Source: Candidatus Edwardsbacteria bacterium (GTDB lineage Bacteria > Edwardsbacteria > AC1 > EtOH8). From it: 64,000 nucleotides of DNA. The notes beneath the pieces are model-generated. The model made no database searches, was not told the DNA's origin, and saw only the letters and a list, made by a program, of their open reading frames with translations. This document shows, in pieces, positions 49,661 through 59,520 of the stretch. Position numbers and translations under genes: made by a program. Location of the stretch: positions 1,910-65,909 of the forward strand of contig JAGVNJ010000018.1 in NCBI GenBank assembly GCA_020053305.1. The letters are read 5' to 3'. Each line of letters starts with the position of its first letter. Position 1 is the stretch's first letter.

Positions 49661-51822
49661 CTTACTATCACCAATTTGCAGATATAAGGTTTTTGTACGG
49701 ATGAGCGGATGCGGCAGAGGTAGATACCAGAGGCCGGCCGCCGGGTAAACTCGGCATCCGGACGGATGGTCAGGGTGTGGGCCGGGGCCGACGGGCCGTA
49801 GAAAGTGCCGCAGGGTCGGCCGTCTATGGTATAGATGTCTATCCGGGCCTCGGTAGGCAGATTGCTGAAATAAACATAACCATCTTTGGTAACATTGAAT
49901 GGGTTGGGCGCCACACAGGGATTGGCAACGGGTCTTTGTGCGACAGCATCATACCTTAAAACGCTTAGGCCTTTAGCGGTGGCTATGTAGATATCGTCGC
50001 CGGATTGGTCCTGCGGGCAGGCAGCTATCTGCTGAATATCATTGCTGATCAAAGAACTATAATTCTGATCAAAATTTACCCATTTCCCGTCCCAGGTCAG
50101 CAAGGACAGGCCCCGCTCGGTCCCGATCCATTTATTATCAGAGCGGTCTATAACTATCGACCGAATATCATTTCCTAAAATTGGAGAACTGTTCGTTTGA
50201 AAAACCGTTGATCTCAGAGTATGTGTAATCGGGTCATACTCGGAACGGCAAAGGCCGTTTCCGGTGGCCAGCCAAATAATATTGCTGTTGTCAATGGCGA
50301 TCTGGCGGATATTGATGTCCGGAAGACCGGACTCTACGCCGAAATGCTCCCAGGTGTTTTCCTGCGGTTTAAAGTAGGTGAGATCATTATAATATGATCC
50401 CAGCCATAAACCGCCTGACAGGTCTTGGGCGATGGAGATGATCCACATGGCATTGTTATAGGCCCCGCGGGGCGAGGGATCGGTGTAGCTGGTCCATACG
50501 GAATCATTCGGAGAGACGGAGAAAATGGCGAAATTATAGGCCGTGAAGTATTTAGTGTTGTTATTGTCAACCAGGCCAGTCCAGACGCCACAGCCGGAAG
50601 GCACCCGGGGTGTGGAGAAGATGCTGGTAAGACTGTCCTCGCTGTATTTCAGAATGTAAGAATTATTGAATCCGTCCCACCAGCCCAAGCCGACCCAAGC
50701 GTTATGGTTCTGATCCACTGTTATAGAAGTCAAAGGAATGCCCGATATGGGGTTTATAAAAGTGCTCCAGATGTTATTTTTATAATTGCAGACCAGCGTA
50801 TTGCCGTCGATGGCCCAAAGGGTGCCTGTTTTCGAAACAGAGATCTCTTTAACATAATTAAAGGCAATGCTGGGGAATGGATAATTATTCCAGCTTCCCC
50901 CGGTACGGCAGCAGAGGCCAGCGGCACTGCCGGCCCATAACCTTTGATCTCCGTCAACCGACAATGAAAGCACATTATAACTCAATAGCCCGGGGCTGAT
51001 GTCGCTCAGGATATTCTGATGCCAGAGTTTTACCCCGTTATTGGTGGCAAAATACAAAGAGTCCCCGATCTGGGCCAGGCTTCTTATCTGATCTCCCAGC
51101 CCCGGGATCCTCTGCCAGGCTCCGCCGACCAACCGGGCCGCGCCGTTGGCGGCGCCGATCATCGACAGGGTGTCGGTCAGCAGGATGCATCTTATATCCG
51201 ATGACAAGCCATCATAGTTGGCGAAAGTTTTCCAGTTATTGGTATCGCGTATCGCGGACAGGGGGAATATTTTTACGATACGCAGACCCTGGTCGGTGGC
51301 GATCCACAGGGAGTCGTTCCTGGCCGACAGGGCCTGGGTCTGGTTGCCCAGTTCATATCCCTGCTGGGCCAGCAGGGAGAACCAGTTGTAGCCGTCATAA
51401 TAGGAGAGGGAGCCATACCCTCCGGCAAAAACATTCTGCCCGTTGGCCGCCGCGCAGAAGATTGTGTCCGAGGCCAGGCCGTCGTTTCGGGTGAACACTG
51501 TCCAGGCATTGCCGGCCGAATCCAGTCGGGCCAGGCCGCCGCCCAGGGTGCCGATCCACTTGTGGTGACGGGCATCCAAAGTTATCGAAGAAGCCTCGAT
51601 ATACGGCAGGCCGTCCACGTTGGTGTAATGCTTGATCAAAACAGTATCGGTGGAGGAGAAAGAGAATATACCGCCCGGGGTGGCTCCCCAGATGATATTA
51701 CCTCCCGGCTGGAAGACTATCTGGGAAACATTATTGAAATTGGTGTAGCTTATCCAGTGCTGGGCTTGGGATGTCAGGCAGAGGATAAGCAGCGATGATA
51801 TTGCCAGGCAAATCTTTTTCAT
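49657..51822 (-). CDS. Secreted beta-propeller (two-component-regulator-propeller-like repeats) protein with a T9SS C-terminal domain
   Basis: It has a signal peptide and many W/G-rich propeller blades. The C-terminus (RIDIYTIDGRPCGTFYG...SGIYLCRIRS) is Por_Secre_tail-like. Confidence 0.6.
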   Translation of the reverse strand: MKKICLAISSLLILCLTSQAQHWISYTNFNNVSQIVFQPGGNIIWGATPGGIFSFSSTDTVLIKHYTNVDGLPYIEASSITLDARHHKWIGTLGGGLARLDSAGNAWTVFTRNDGLASDTIFCAAANGQNVFAGGYGSLSYYDGYNWFSLLAQQGYELGNQTQALSARNDSLWIATDQGLRIVKIFPLSAIRDTNNWKTFANYDGLSSDIRCILLTDTLSMIGAANGAARLVGGAWQRIPGLGDQIRSLAQIGDSLYFATNNGVKLWHQNILSDISPGLLSYNVLSLSVDGDQRLWAGSAAGLCCRTGGSWNNYPFPSIAFNYVKEISVSKTGTLWAIDGNTLVCNYKNNIWSTFINPISGIPLTSITVDQNHNAWVGLGWWDGFNNSYILKYSEDSLTSIFSTPRVPSGCGVWTGLVDNNNTKYFTAYNFAIFSVSPNDSVWTSYTDPSPRGAYNNAMWIISIAQDLSGGLWLGSYYNDLTYFKPQENTWEHFGVESGLPDINIRQIAIDNSNIIWLATGNGLCRSEYDPITHTLRSTVFQTNSSPILGNDIRSIVIDRSDNKWIGTERGLSLLTWDGKWVNFDQNYSSLISNDIQQIAACPQDQSGDDIYIATAKGLSVLRYDAVAQRPVANPCVAPNPFNVTKDGYVYFSNLPTEARIDIYTIDGRPCGTFYGPSAPAHTLTIRPDAEFTRRPASGIYLCRIRSSVQKPYICKLVIVR

Positions 51823-51956
51823 GGATGAATATTACCTTAAGTAGGCCTTTAAAGTCAATGGTTTTGGAGCAGTTTATTGAAGTAACTATTTTTATCAACG
51901 CGATTTTATATTCTCTATTGAAATACCAAAGCCACCTGTGATAACATAACGACACT

Positions 51957-53135
51957 ATGTTCAAATCAGATTCTTACGATGTTATAGTAGTGGGCGGCGG
52001 GCCGGCCGGGTCCATGGCCGCCAAAGAGATAGCCCAAGCCGGGCATTCAGTCCTAATGGTGGAGAAGCACCGGGAGATCGGCATCCCGCTGTGCTGTGCC
52101 GAGGCTACCAGCCTCAGGAGCCTGGGGCTGTTCATGAAACCCGATCCCAAATGGGTGGCGGCTCCCATCAACGGGGCTATTCTCTATTCCCCGGACGGGA
52201 CCGAGGTGGCGGTGCCCTGGGCCGAGGTGGGGGTGGTGCTGGAGCGTAAGATCTTCGACCGCCACCTGGCCGGGATGGCCGGAGCCGCCGGGGCCGAGGT
52301 GATGGTCAAAACCGAGGCGGTGGCAATCAAGATGAACGGCGAGACCGTCGAAGAAGTGACATTAAAATCAGGCAATGAAACAAGATCCATAAAATGCCGG
52401 GTGGTGATAGGCGCCGACGGGGTGGAATCCCTGGTCGGGGCCTGGGCCGGGATGGATACCCGGCTGGAGCCGGAACAATTTCACAGCTGCGCCCAATACT
52501 TGATGTCCAACGTGGATGGCTTGCCGGACATGGTCCGCTTCTGGGTGGGCCGGGATATCGCGCCGGGAGGCTATCTGTGGATATTTCCCAAAGGCAACGG
52601 ACTGGCCAATGTGGGACTGGGCATCGTGGCCTCGTTGGCCGGAGAGAAAAAACCGGTGCAATACCTGGATGAATTCATCGCCAAAAAACTGCCCGGGGCC
52701 AAAGTGATCGAAGCCATGGCGGGAGGCACGCCGGCCCTGGGTTCCGATCACCCGATGGTCAAGGGCAACGTCCTGCTGGCCGGGGATGCCGCCCGGCTGA
52801 CCGATCCTCTTTCTGGTGCCGGCATCGCCATAGCCATGGCCTCGGGCACGATGGCCGGAAATCTGGCCGCCGAATACCTTAAGACCAACGACATTTCACA
52901 ACTTAAGAAATATCCCAAGGAATGGTGGTCCGGCCCCTGGAAGGACCTTAAATTCCATCATTTGGTGCGGGAGGTGTTTTTGAAACTGTCCGACCAGGAG
53001 ATGGACCGGATCGCCAGATTGCTGGTCAATATCCTGGCCGGGAAGGATCCGGCCCGGATAAATCCCATAGACGTGGCCAAGACGGTCATCAGATCCGATC
53101 CGGGAATTTTATTATTGGGAAGGCATCTGCTGTGA
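51957..53135 (+). CDS. Geranylgeranyl reductase-family FAD-dependent oxidoreductase
   Basis: It has the FAD Rossmann fold VIVVGGGPAGSMAAKE. GGYLWIFPKG and LAGDAARLTDPLSGAG are GGR-family signatures. Confidence 0.8.
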   Translation: MFKSDSYDVIVVGGGPAGSMAAKEIAQAGHSVLMVEKHREIGIPLCCAEATSLRSLGLFMKPDPKWVAAPINGAILYSPDGTEVAVPWAEVGVVLERKIFDRHLAGMAGAAGAEVMVKTEAVAIKMNGETVEEVTLKSGNETRSIKCRVVIGADGVESLVGAWAGMDTRLEPEQFHSCAQYLMSNVDGLPDMVRFWVGRDIAPGGYLWIFPKGNGLANVGLGIVASLAGEKKPVQYLDEFIAKKLPGAKVIEAMAGGTPALGSDHPMVKGNVLLAGDAARLTDPLSGAGIAIAMASGTMAGNLAAEYLKTNDISQLKKYPKEWWSGPWKDLKFHHLVREVFLKLSDQEMDRIARLLVNILAGKDPARINPIDVAKTVIRSDPGILLLGRHLL

Positions 53136-54172
53136 GCAAAATAAAGATCATATCCATCGCACTTCTGGCATATCTGTTATTGCTGGCGGCTGACCTGAGG
53201 GCCGGCATCTCCCAAAACTTCGACGGCCGGGTAGACCAGGGGCTGGAGATCCTCTATCAGGGGGATTACGACAGCGCCCTGGTGATATTCGATTCCTTCA
53301 TCCGGGACAACCCGCAGAACCCGGCCGGGTATTTTTTCAAGGCCGGACTTTACCAGACCAGGATGTCGGCCTATGAAAGCGATTTCTGGCACAAGTATTA
53401 TAAGAATTCAGTGGACAGCGCCATAATGCTCTGCAACCTGGCCCTCGACGATGATCCCAAGGATGCCTGGGCTTATTTTGTCAGGGGCGGGAGTTTTTCC
53501 TACATCGCGGCCTGGGATGCCAAGCAGGGCAAATACCTGGCGGCCTTCCGGAACGGCCTGAAGGCGGTGTCAGATTTCAAAAAGGCCCGGGCGATCGATC
53601 CCGCCCTGTATGACGCCTATATTGGGATAGGCTCCTATCATTATTTCCGGACCAAGGCCACCGGTTTTATAAAGTGGCTGCCCTTCATCGGAGACGACCG
53701 GGACCAGGGGATCTCGGAGATAATCACCGCCATCGAGAAGGGGCGCTACTCCCGGGTGATGGGGCAGAACGCCCTGCTGTGGATCTACACCGATTACGGC
53801 CGGGAGAAAAAAGCCCTGGAGCTGGGCGGGGCGCTGGAAAAGCTGTATCCCAACAATCCTTTCTTCCACTGGGCGGTGCCGGAGGTATTGTGGCGGCAGA
53901 AAAGATGGCCGGAGGCCGAGGCCGCTTACGGCAAACTGATGAAGCTATTGGAACGGCAGAATGCCCTCAACAATTACAACAAGGTGGTGGCCTCCTATAA
54001 GCTGGCCAAATGTTTTTTGGAGAATGGGAAATACCAGGACGCTTACCGGGTTGCCCAGCAATCCATCAGCTATCCCCTGGACCAGGAGACCGCCGGCCGG
54101 CTGGTGAACGAGCGCCGCAGGGCCCAGGAGGTGATGCTTCAGGCCGAAAAGAAGATCAGGGAAAACAAGTGA
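53132..54172 (+). CDS. Secreted TPR-like repeat protein
   Basis: It has a signal peptide and helical repeat content. Its start overlaps the GGR stop (ATGA). Confidence 0.5.
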   Translation: MSKIKIISIALLAYLLLLAADLRAGISQNFDGRVDQGLEILYQGDYDSALVIFDSFIRDNPQNPAGYFFKAGLYQTRMSAYESDFWHKYYKNSVDSAIMLCNLALDDDPKDAWAYFVRGGSFSYIAAWDAKQGKYLAAFRNGLKAVSDFKKARAIDPALYDAYIGIGSYHYFRTKATGFIKWLPFIGDDRDQGISEIITAIEKGRYSRVMGQNALLWIYTDYGREKKALELGGALEKLYPNNPFFHWAVPEVLWRQKRWPEAEAAYGKLMKLLERQNALNNYNKVVASYKLAKCFLENGKYQDAYRVAQQSISYPLDQETAGRLVNERRRAQEVMLQAEKKIRENK

Positions 54173-54840
54173 AAAAAGTAACCGTTGCCATAATCGCCAG
54201 GGACGAGGCGGCCACCATAGTTCAAATAGTTGAGGCAGCCCGGCCCTTGGCGGATGAGCTACTGGTCATCGACGGCGGATCAACCGACGGCACCGCCCAG
54301 ATTGCGGCCGGAGCCGGGGCGACGGTGATATCGGACGACGGCCGCGGCAAGGGGGCCGGAGTCAGGGCCGCTATCCAGAAGGCTAAAGGAGAGGTGCTGG
54401 TGCTGATGGATGCCGACGGCTCCCACGAGCCGGCCGATATCCCGCGCCTAGCTGGCCCCATCATCGAGGCAAGGGCCGATATGGTGATAGCCTCGCGGCT
54501 GCGGGGAGGCTCGGATGAGTTCCACGGCACTTTGGACAACATCGTCCGGCAGACCGGCGGGGCGCTTATCAGCCTGATGTTGCTTTGGCGCTGGAAGGCG
54601 GACATCACCGACTGCGAGAACGGCTTCCGGGCCGTCGATACTGCCAAGGCCCGGCAGCTGGGATTGACATCCAACGGTTTTCTGATAGAACAGGAGATGG
54701 TGATAAAGGCCATCAAGCAGGGACTGGTCATAAAGGAGATCGCCAGCCATGAGTTTTCCCGGCAGGGGGGCGTCTCCAAGCTGAAGACCTCGCAGGGCTG
54801 GAGATTCCTATGGCACATCTTTAAGGAGATGATCTTTTGA
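54169..54840 (+). CDS. GT2 polyprenyl-phosphate sugar synthase (DPM1/GtrB/ArnC-like)
   Basis: ARDEAATI, LVIDGGSTDGT and LMDADGSH are GT-A DXD-type motifs. It is about 223 aa and soluble. The GTG start overlaps the upstream stop (GTGA). The track ORF start at 54010 is rejected. Confidence 0.75.
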   Translation: MKKVTVAIIARDEAATIVQIVEAARPLADELLVIDGGSTDGTAQIAAGAGATVISDDGRGKGAGVRAAIQKAKGEVLVLMDADGSHEPADIPRLAGPIIEARADMVIASRLRGGSDEFHGTLDNIVRQTGGALISLMLLWRWKADITDCENGFRAVDTAKARQLGLTSNGFLIEQEMVIKAIKQGLVIKEIASHEFSRQGGVSKLKTSQGWRFLWHIFKEMIF

Positions 54841-56243
54841 AGGTGCTGCTGATAAACCCTCCGGCCTATCTAGGGGTATCCCAGGTGCGGGAGGGTCGCT
54901 GCATGCAGAGGGCCGGGGCCTGGACCTCCGTCTGGCCGCCGCTCTCCCTGGCCCTGACGGCGGCCGTTCTGCGAAGGGCGGGCCATCAGGTGCGGCTGAA
55001 CGACTGCATCGTGGAAAATTTGTCCCGGGAAGGATTGGCGGAGAGCGCCCGGAATTTTAAGCCCGATTGGTGTCTGTTCAACAGCGCCACGCCTTCCATA
55101 GCCGGGGACACGGAGACGGTGGATGCGCTCAAGACAGCTTTTCCCGCTTGCCGCATGGCAGTGCTGGGCATTCATCCCACCGCCCTGCCGGAGGAGACCT
55201 TTGCCCTCTCCAAACATCTCGAAGTGATCATAAAGGGCGAGCCGGAACAGACCGCTCTGGAATTAATGTCAACTGTTGACCTTGATAGCGTGGCCGGAAT
55301 CAGCTATCGCATCAACGGCATCATAAAACACAACCCGCCGCGCCCGGCGCTGGAAGACCTGGACCGCCTGCCCTTTCCCGCCTGGGACCTGATCCAGCGG
55401 GACCTCTACAAGCTCCCCCTTTCGGACAAACCCTTTCTGCTGCTGGCCACCAACCGGGGATGTCCATTCAACTGTAAATTCTGCGCCGACCATGTCTATT
55501 ACGGACGAAGACTGAGGAAATTCTCCCCCCAAAGGATCGTCGATGAGATCGAGCACGATGTAAAAGAACTGGGAATAAGTGAATTCCTGTTCTGGGCCGA
55601 ATCCTTCACCCTGGACCGGCAGCATGCCCTGTCGGTAGCCAACGAGATCATCGCCCGGAAGCTGGATATCGGCTGGGTGTGCAACAGCCGGGTGAACCAG
55701 GTGGACCGGGAGATGCTGGAGGCCTTCAAGCGGGCCGGGTGCTGGATGATCGGTTTCGGGATCGAATCCGGCAGCCAGAGGGTGCTGGACCTGATGCACA
55801 AGGGCACCACCGTCGAGCAGTCACGGGAGGCGGTGAAGACGGCTCAGGAAGCAGGACTCCAGGTCACCGCCCATGTGATGATCGGCTACCCCGGGGAGAC
55901 GGCAGACGAGATAAAGCAGACCATCGCCTTGGTCAAGGAGCTGAATTTCGATTTCGCCCAGTTCTACGCGGCGGTGCCCTTCCCCGGCTCCGAATTATAT
56001 GCCGAGGTCAAAGCCAATGGCATGACCATCACCGACGACTGGCGGTATTACGAGCAGAATTTCTGCGTCATCAGGACCGATCAATTGGAACCCCGACAGG
56101 TGGAGAGACTGCGCAACCGGGCCTTCCGGGGGTTCTATCTTAGGCCGGGGCAGATCATCAAAACGATCTCTCATTTAAGAACACCGGGGGCCTGGCGGCA
56201 GGCGTTGAAGGCGGTATGGGAATTCAAGGATTGGGCGGGATAA
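54837..56243 (+). CDS. B12-binding (class B) radical SAM enzyme
   Basis: The N-terminus MKVLLINPP is a Rossmann-like B12-binding domain. CPFNCKFC is the Cx3Cx2C motif. The start overlaps the GT2 stop. Confidence 0.8.
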   Translation: MKVLLINPPAYLGVSQVREGRCMQRAGAWTSVWPPLSLALTAAVLRRAGHQVRLNDCIVENLSREGLAESARNFKPDWCLFNSATPSIAGDTETVDALKTAFPACRMAVLGIHPTALPEETFALSKHLEVIIKGEPEQTALELMSTVDLDSVAGISYRINGIIKHNPPRPALEDLDRLPFPAWDLIQRDLYKLPLSDKPFLLLATNRGCPFNCKFCADHVYYGRRLRKFSPQRIVDEIEHDVKELGISEFLFWAESFTLDRQHALSVANEIIARKLDIGWVCNSRVNQVDREMLEAFKRAGCWMIGFGIESGSQRVLDLMHKGTTVEQSREAVKTAQEAGLQVTAHVMIGYPGETADEIKQTIALVKELNFDFAQFYAAVPFPGSELYAEVKANGMTITDDWRYYEQNFCVIRTDQLEPRQVERLRNRAFRGFYLRPGQIIKTISHLRTPGAWRQALKAVWEFKDWAG

Positions 56244-56266
56244 AGGGATTTTATGATTAAAATTAC

Positions 56267-58156
56267 ATGAAAAAACAATATCTGCAAATATCGCTCATAT
56301 TGCTTCTGACGGTCCTGGTATATCTGCCGGCCCTGAAGGCCGACTTCATGTACGACGACCGTTTTTTTGTGCAGGAGAACACCAAGATCCGGGACTGGAA
56401 ATACGTCGGGGAATACTTTGCCAATTCCGGACGCTCCATAGCCAGCATCTTCTGGGACGGCATCTGGCGGCCACTGAGGACCATCACTTATCTTGTCGAC
56501 TACAAGGTTTGGGGTCTTAACCCATTCGGCTTCCACCTGACCAGCCTGCTGTGGCACCTGGCGAACATCACTCTGCTGTATTTTCTGCTGGGTCTGCTGT
56601 TCAAAGACAAAAGGCTGCCCCTGGCAGTCTGCCTGATATTCGCCCTCCATCCGGTGCAGACCGAGGCTGTGACCTGGATCTCCAGCCGGGGGGACCTTAT
56701 GTATGTGACCTTCGGCCTGCTGATGTTCATCTTGCATCACAGATATCGGGAAAATAAAAGAATATATTTACTGGGGCTGTCGCTTTTAAGCTTGACCCTG
56801 GCGCTACTGTCAAAGGAAACGGCGGTGGTCTTCCCATTGCTGGTCATGCTCTATGACTGGCTTTTTGATCAGAGGGGCCGGATCAAGACATTTCTGGCCG
56901 GATGGAAAATCTATCTTCCTTACCTGGTTTTGCTGGCCGTCTACCTAATAACCAGAAGACTGGCCTTGGGCCGGGTCTCCCAGTGCCCCTACTGGGGCGA
57001 TTCCCTCTGGACCACCATCTTCACCATGTTCCGGGCGGCCCTGGAGTATGTCCGGCTGTTATTCCTGCCCCTGTGGCTGAAGGTGGATTACGTGTACGAC
57101 CTGTCCACCTCTTTGCTGGATTGGAGGGTGCTGGGCTCGCTGGCGATCCTTGGGTCTATCAGCCTTCTGGCCGCCCGTGACATCAAAGGATCAAGATTCC
57201 TGGCCTTCGGCTGGCTGTGGCCGGTGATCGGCCTGCTGCCGGTCTCCAATCTTCTGCCGCTGACGGCCATTATGGCCGAGCGATTCCTGTACCTGCCGGT
57301 GATCGGATTTGCGGTTTGGGCCGGCTTTCTGCTGGGCGGCGTCCGGAACCAAAAAGTATTCCAGATGGTTGTGATTACATTGATACTGTTGATGGCCGGA
57401 CTGACAATAAAGCGTAATATAGAATGGCAGGAGCCGTTAAAATTCTGGCGGACCGAGACCGGGCGTTCGCCGGACTCCTATATTGCTCACGGCAATCTGG
57501 GGAATATCCTGTTCCTGAACGAAGATATGGCCGGGGCCGAAAGAGAATACCGCCGGGCGGTGGAGCTGGATTCCACCTATGACAATGCCCTGTCCGGGCT
57601 GGCCATAACCTGCGCCCAGTTGCAGAAATACCAGGAGGGGGAAAGGTATGCCCAAAAATGCCTGGCTCTGAATCCCGGCAATACCAATGCATTGCTGACA
57701 GTGGGTATCTGCCGGGCGGCCAACGATGATCTTGATTCGGCTGAAATTTATTTCTCCCGGGCCACCAATGCCGAACCGGAAAATGAAAAAGGATGGATCA
57801 ATCTGGGGATCATCCATAAGCGGCAGGGGAACTGGGGCAAAGCCGTTTCCGATTATGAACGTGCGATAAGGATACAGCCCGGGGCTCCAACCCTGTACTA
57901 TGAGCTGGGAACAATATGGGCCGAGCAGAATGAACTGACCAAAGCGGCTGCTTTATGGCAAAGGGCCCTGGACATCGATCCGGACTTTCTGCCGGCCAGG
58001 ATGAACCTGGCACTGGCCCTGGAGAAAAGCGACCCGGCCCGGGCGGCCGGGGAGTGGGAGATTTTTTTGCAGCGGGCCGGGGCCCAGGGCCAGCCGGTCA
58101 ACCAAGCATTAGTCAGAAAAAGAATAGCGGAGCTGAATGATAGAACAGGGAAATAA
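56267..58156 (+). CDS. PMT/ArnT-like (GT-C) polytopic membrane glycosyltransferase with C-terminal TPR repeats
   Basis: It has about 11 TM helices. A DD motif lies in the first extracytoplasmic loop (FMYDDRFF). About 250 aa of TPR repeats are present (NALSGLAITC..., WINLGIIHKRQGNW...). Confidence 0.6.
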   Translation: MKKQYLQISLILLLTVLVYLPALKADFMYDDRFFVQENTKIRDWKYVGEYFANSGRSIASIFWDGIWRPLRTITYLVDYKVWGLNPFGFHLTSLLWHLANITLLYFLLGLLFKDKRLPLAVCLIFALHPVQTEAVTWISSRGDLMYVTFGLLMFILHHRYRENKRIYLLGLSLLSLTLALLSKETAVVFPLLVMLYDWLFDQRGRIKTFLAGWKIYLPYLVLLAVYLITRRLALGRVSQCPYWGDSLWTTIFTMFRAALEYVRLLFLPLWLKVDYVYDLSTSLLDWRVLGSLAILGSISLLAARDIKGSRFLAFGWLWPVIGLLPVSNLLPLTAIMAERFLYLPVIGFAVWAGFLLGGVRNQKVFQMVVITLILLMAGLTIKRNIEWQEPLKFWRTETGRSPDSYIAHGNLGNILFLNEDMAGAEREYRRAVELDSTYDNALSGLAITCAQLQKYQEGERYAQKCLALNPGNTNALLTVGICRAANDDLDSAEIYFSRATNAEPENEKGWINLGIIHKRQGNWGKAVSDYERAIRIQPGAPTLYYELGTIWAEQNELTKAAALWQRALDIDPDFLPARMNLALALEKSDPARAAGEWEIFLQRAGAQGQPVNQALVRKRIAELNDRTGK

Positions 58157-59330
58157 AATATTCGCGATCTGCCTGCTGGGCGTATCAGCCATGATTCTGA
58201 ATTGCTCCCCGGTCTACCTCAGCCGCAAACCGCCGGAGGGCGAGATTCTGATAAGGATCGCCCTGCAGCGGCGCCAGCCCAGAGCGGTGGTCTACGGATC
58301 ATACAATATCACGGTCTGGGACCAGAACCATAAAAGCGCCATCCTGCCGGGCGAAAGCTGGAGCATCCTGCCGGCGGGCTTGGGATTGACGGCCGAAACG
58401 AACAGAGGCACTGCCATAGAAAACATCGAGGGGCGGATCCGGCTGTGGTCTACTGATGAATATTTCATCAATCAAAAACGAGTGAAGGGCGCGATCGAGA
58501 TCCGCCGGGATAATGACCAGGGACTGCTGGTCATTGCCGAGATGCCGCTGGAGGATTACCTGCCAGGGGTGCTGGCCAGTGAGATCGGCGGTTTGGCCGA
58601 CAAAGCGCCCCAGGCGGCCATGGCCCAGGCCATAATCTCCCGCAGCTACGCCTTTGCCAGGATCGGCGCCAAGCCGGAGAGTTATTATGACATCGAGGCC
58701 GGAACCTCGCACCAATGCTTTGACCTGGATAATGTGGCTTCGTCCACTATCAAACGTGCAGTCAATGATACCAAAGGGAAAGTACTGACCTTTCGGGGCA
58801 AGATGATATCGCCCAATTTCCATTCCACCTGTGGGGGCAGGACCGCCCGGCCCTCCGAGATCTGGAACGCCAGGGATGAAGAGTTCCCCTATCTGGAATC
58901 GGTGGAGGACAAATGGTGCGGCATCTCACCCAAATATAGCTGGAGCGATACCATCATGGCGGAGGAACTTGCTGTCACGGTATTCCCCGGGAAGCAAGAG
59001 ATTATAAAGGACGTAAAGGTTCTAAAGGTTGGAAAGTCAGGAAGGGTGATCTCTTTGCTTGTTTCCACCAGCGCCGGGGATAGCGTGCTGACCAAGGCGG
59101 CGGTGCGCAACGGGCTGAAGGACAAGCCTTTGCTCAGCACCTGGTTTGGTCTTGAGAATATTCGCAATGCCCAGGGAGATATTGAAAAGGTCATTTTGAC
59201 CGGACGGGGTTTCGGGCACGGGGTGGGGCTGTGCCAGTGGGGGGCAATCGGAATGGCCCGGGCCGGTAAAAACTATAAAAGCATTTTGAAGCATTTTTAC
59301 AAGGGAGTGGAGATAGATAGGATATATTGA
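58137..59330 (+). CDS. SpoIID/LytB-domain protein
   Basis: RSYAFAR and HSTCGGRTA are characteristic of SpoIID-like lytic transglycosylases. Confidence 0.7.
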   Translation: MIEQGNKIFAICLLGVSAMILNCSPVYLSRKPPEGEILIRIALQRRQPRAVVYGSYNITVWDQNHKSAILPGESWSILPAGLGLTAETNRGTAIENIEGRIRLWSTDEYFINQKRVKGAIEIRRDNDQGLLVIAEMPLEDYLPGVLASEIGGLADKAPQAAMAQAIISRSYAFARIGAKPESYYDIEAGTSHQCFDLDNVASSTIKRAVNDTKGKVLTFRGKMISPNFHSTCGGRTARPSEIWNARDEEFPYLESVEDKWCGISPKYSWSDTIMAEELAVTVFPGKQEIIKDVKVLKVGKSGRVISLLVSTSAGDSVLTKAAVRNGLKDKPLLSTWFGLENIRNAQGDIEKVILTGRGFGHGVGLCQWGAIGMARAGKNYKSILKHFYKGVEIDRIY

Positions 59331-59520
59331 CCTTGTTTAATTTTGAAAATAATCATTGACAAATATTAATCCTGTGCTATACTAACCAAGTAAATATTAC
59401 AAGGAGTCATTTCAAATGACAGTTACCATAAATGTCGTTTTTGGAGTGGCTGGAAAAATAAAAACCAAGCCCGGCCGCAGATAATTTGCGGGTGCCGGGC
59501 TTTTTATTTTTGGAGGCGGT

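Noticed and set aside
54010-54168. The upstream extension of the GT2 ORF
   Set aside because: It overlaps the last 160 nt of the TPR gene in another frame. A GTG at 54169 forms a canonical GTGA overlap with the upstream stop and yields a normal-length DPM1-like protein.
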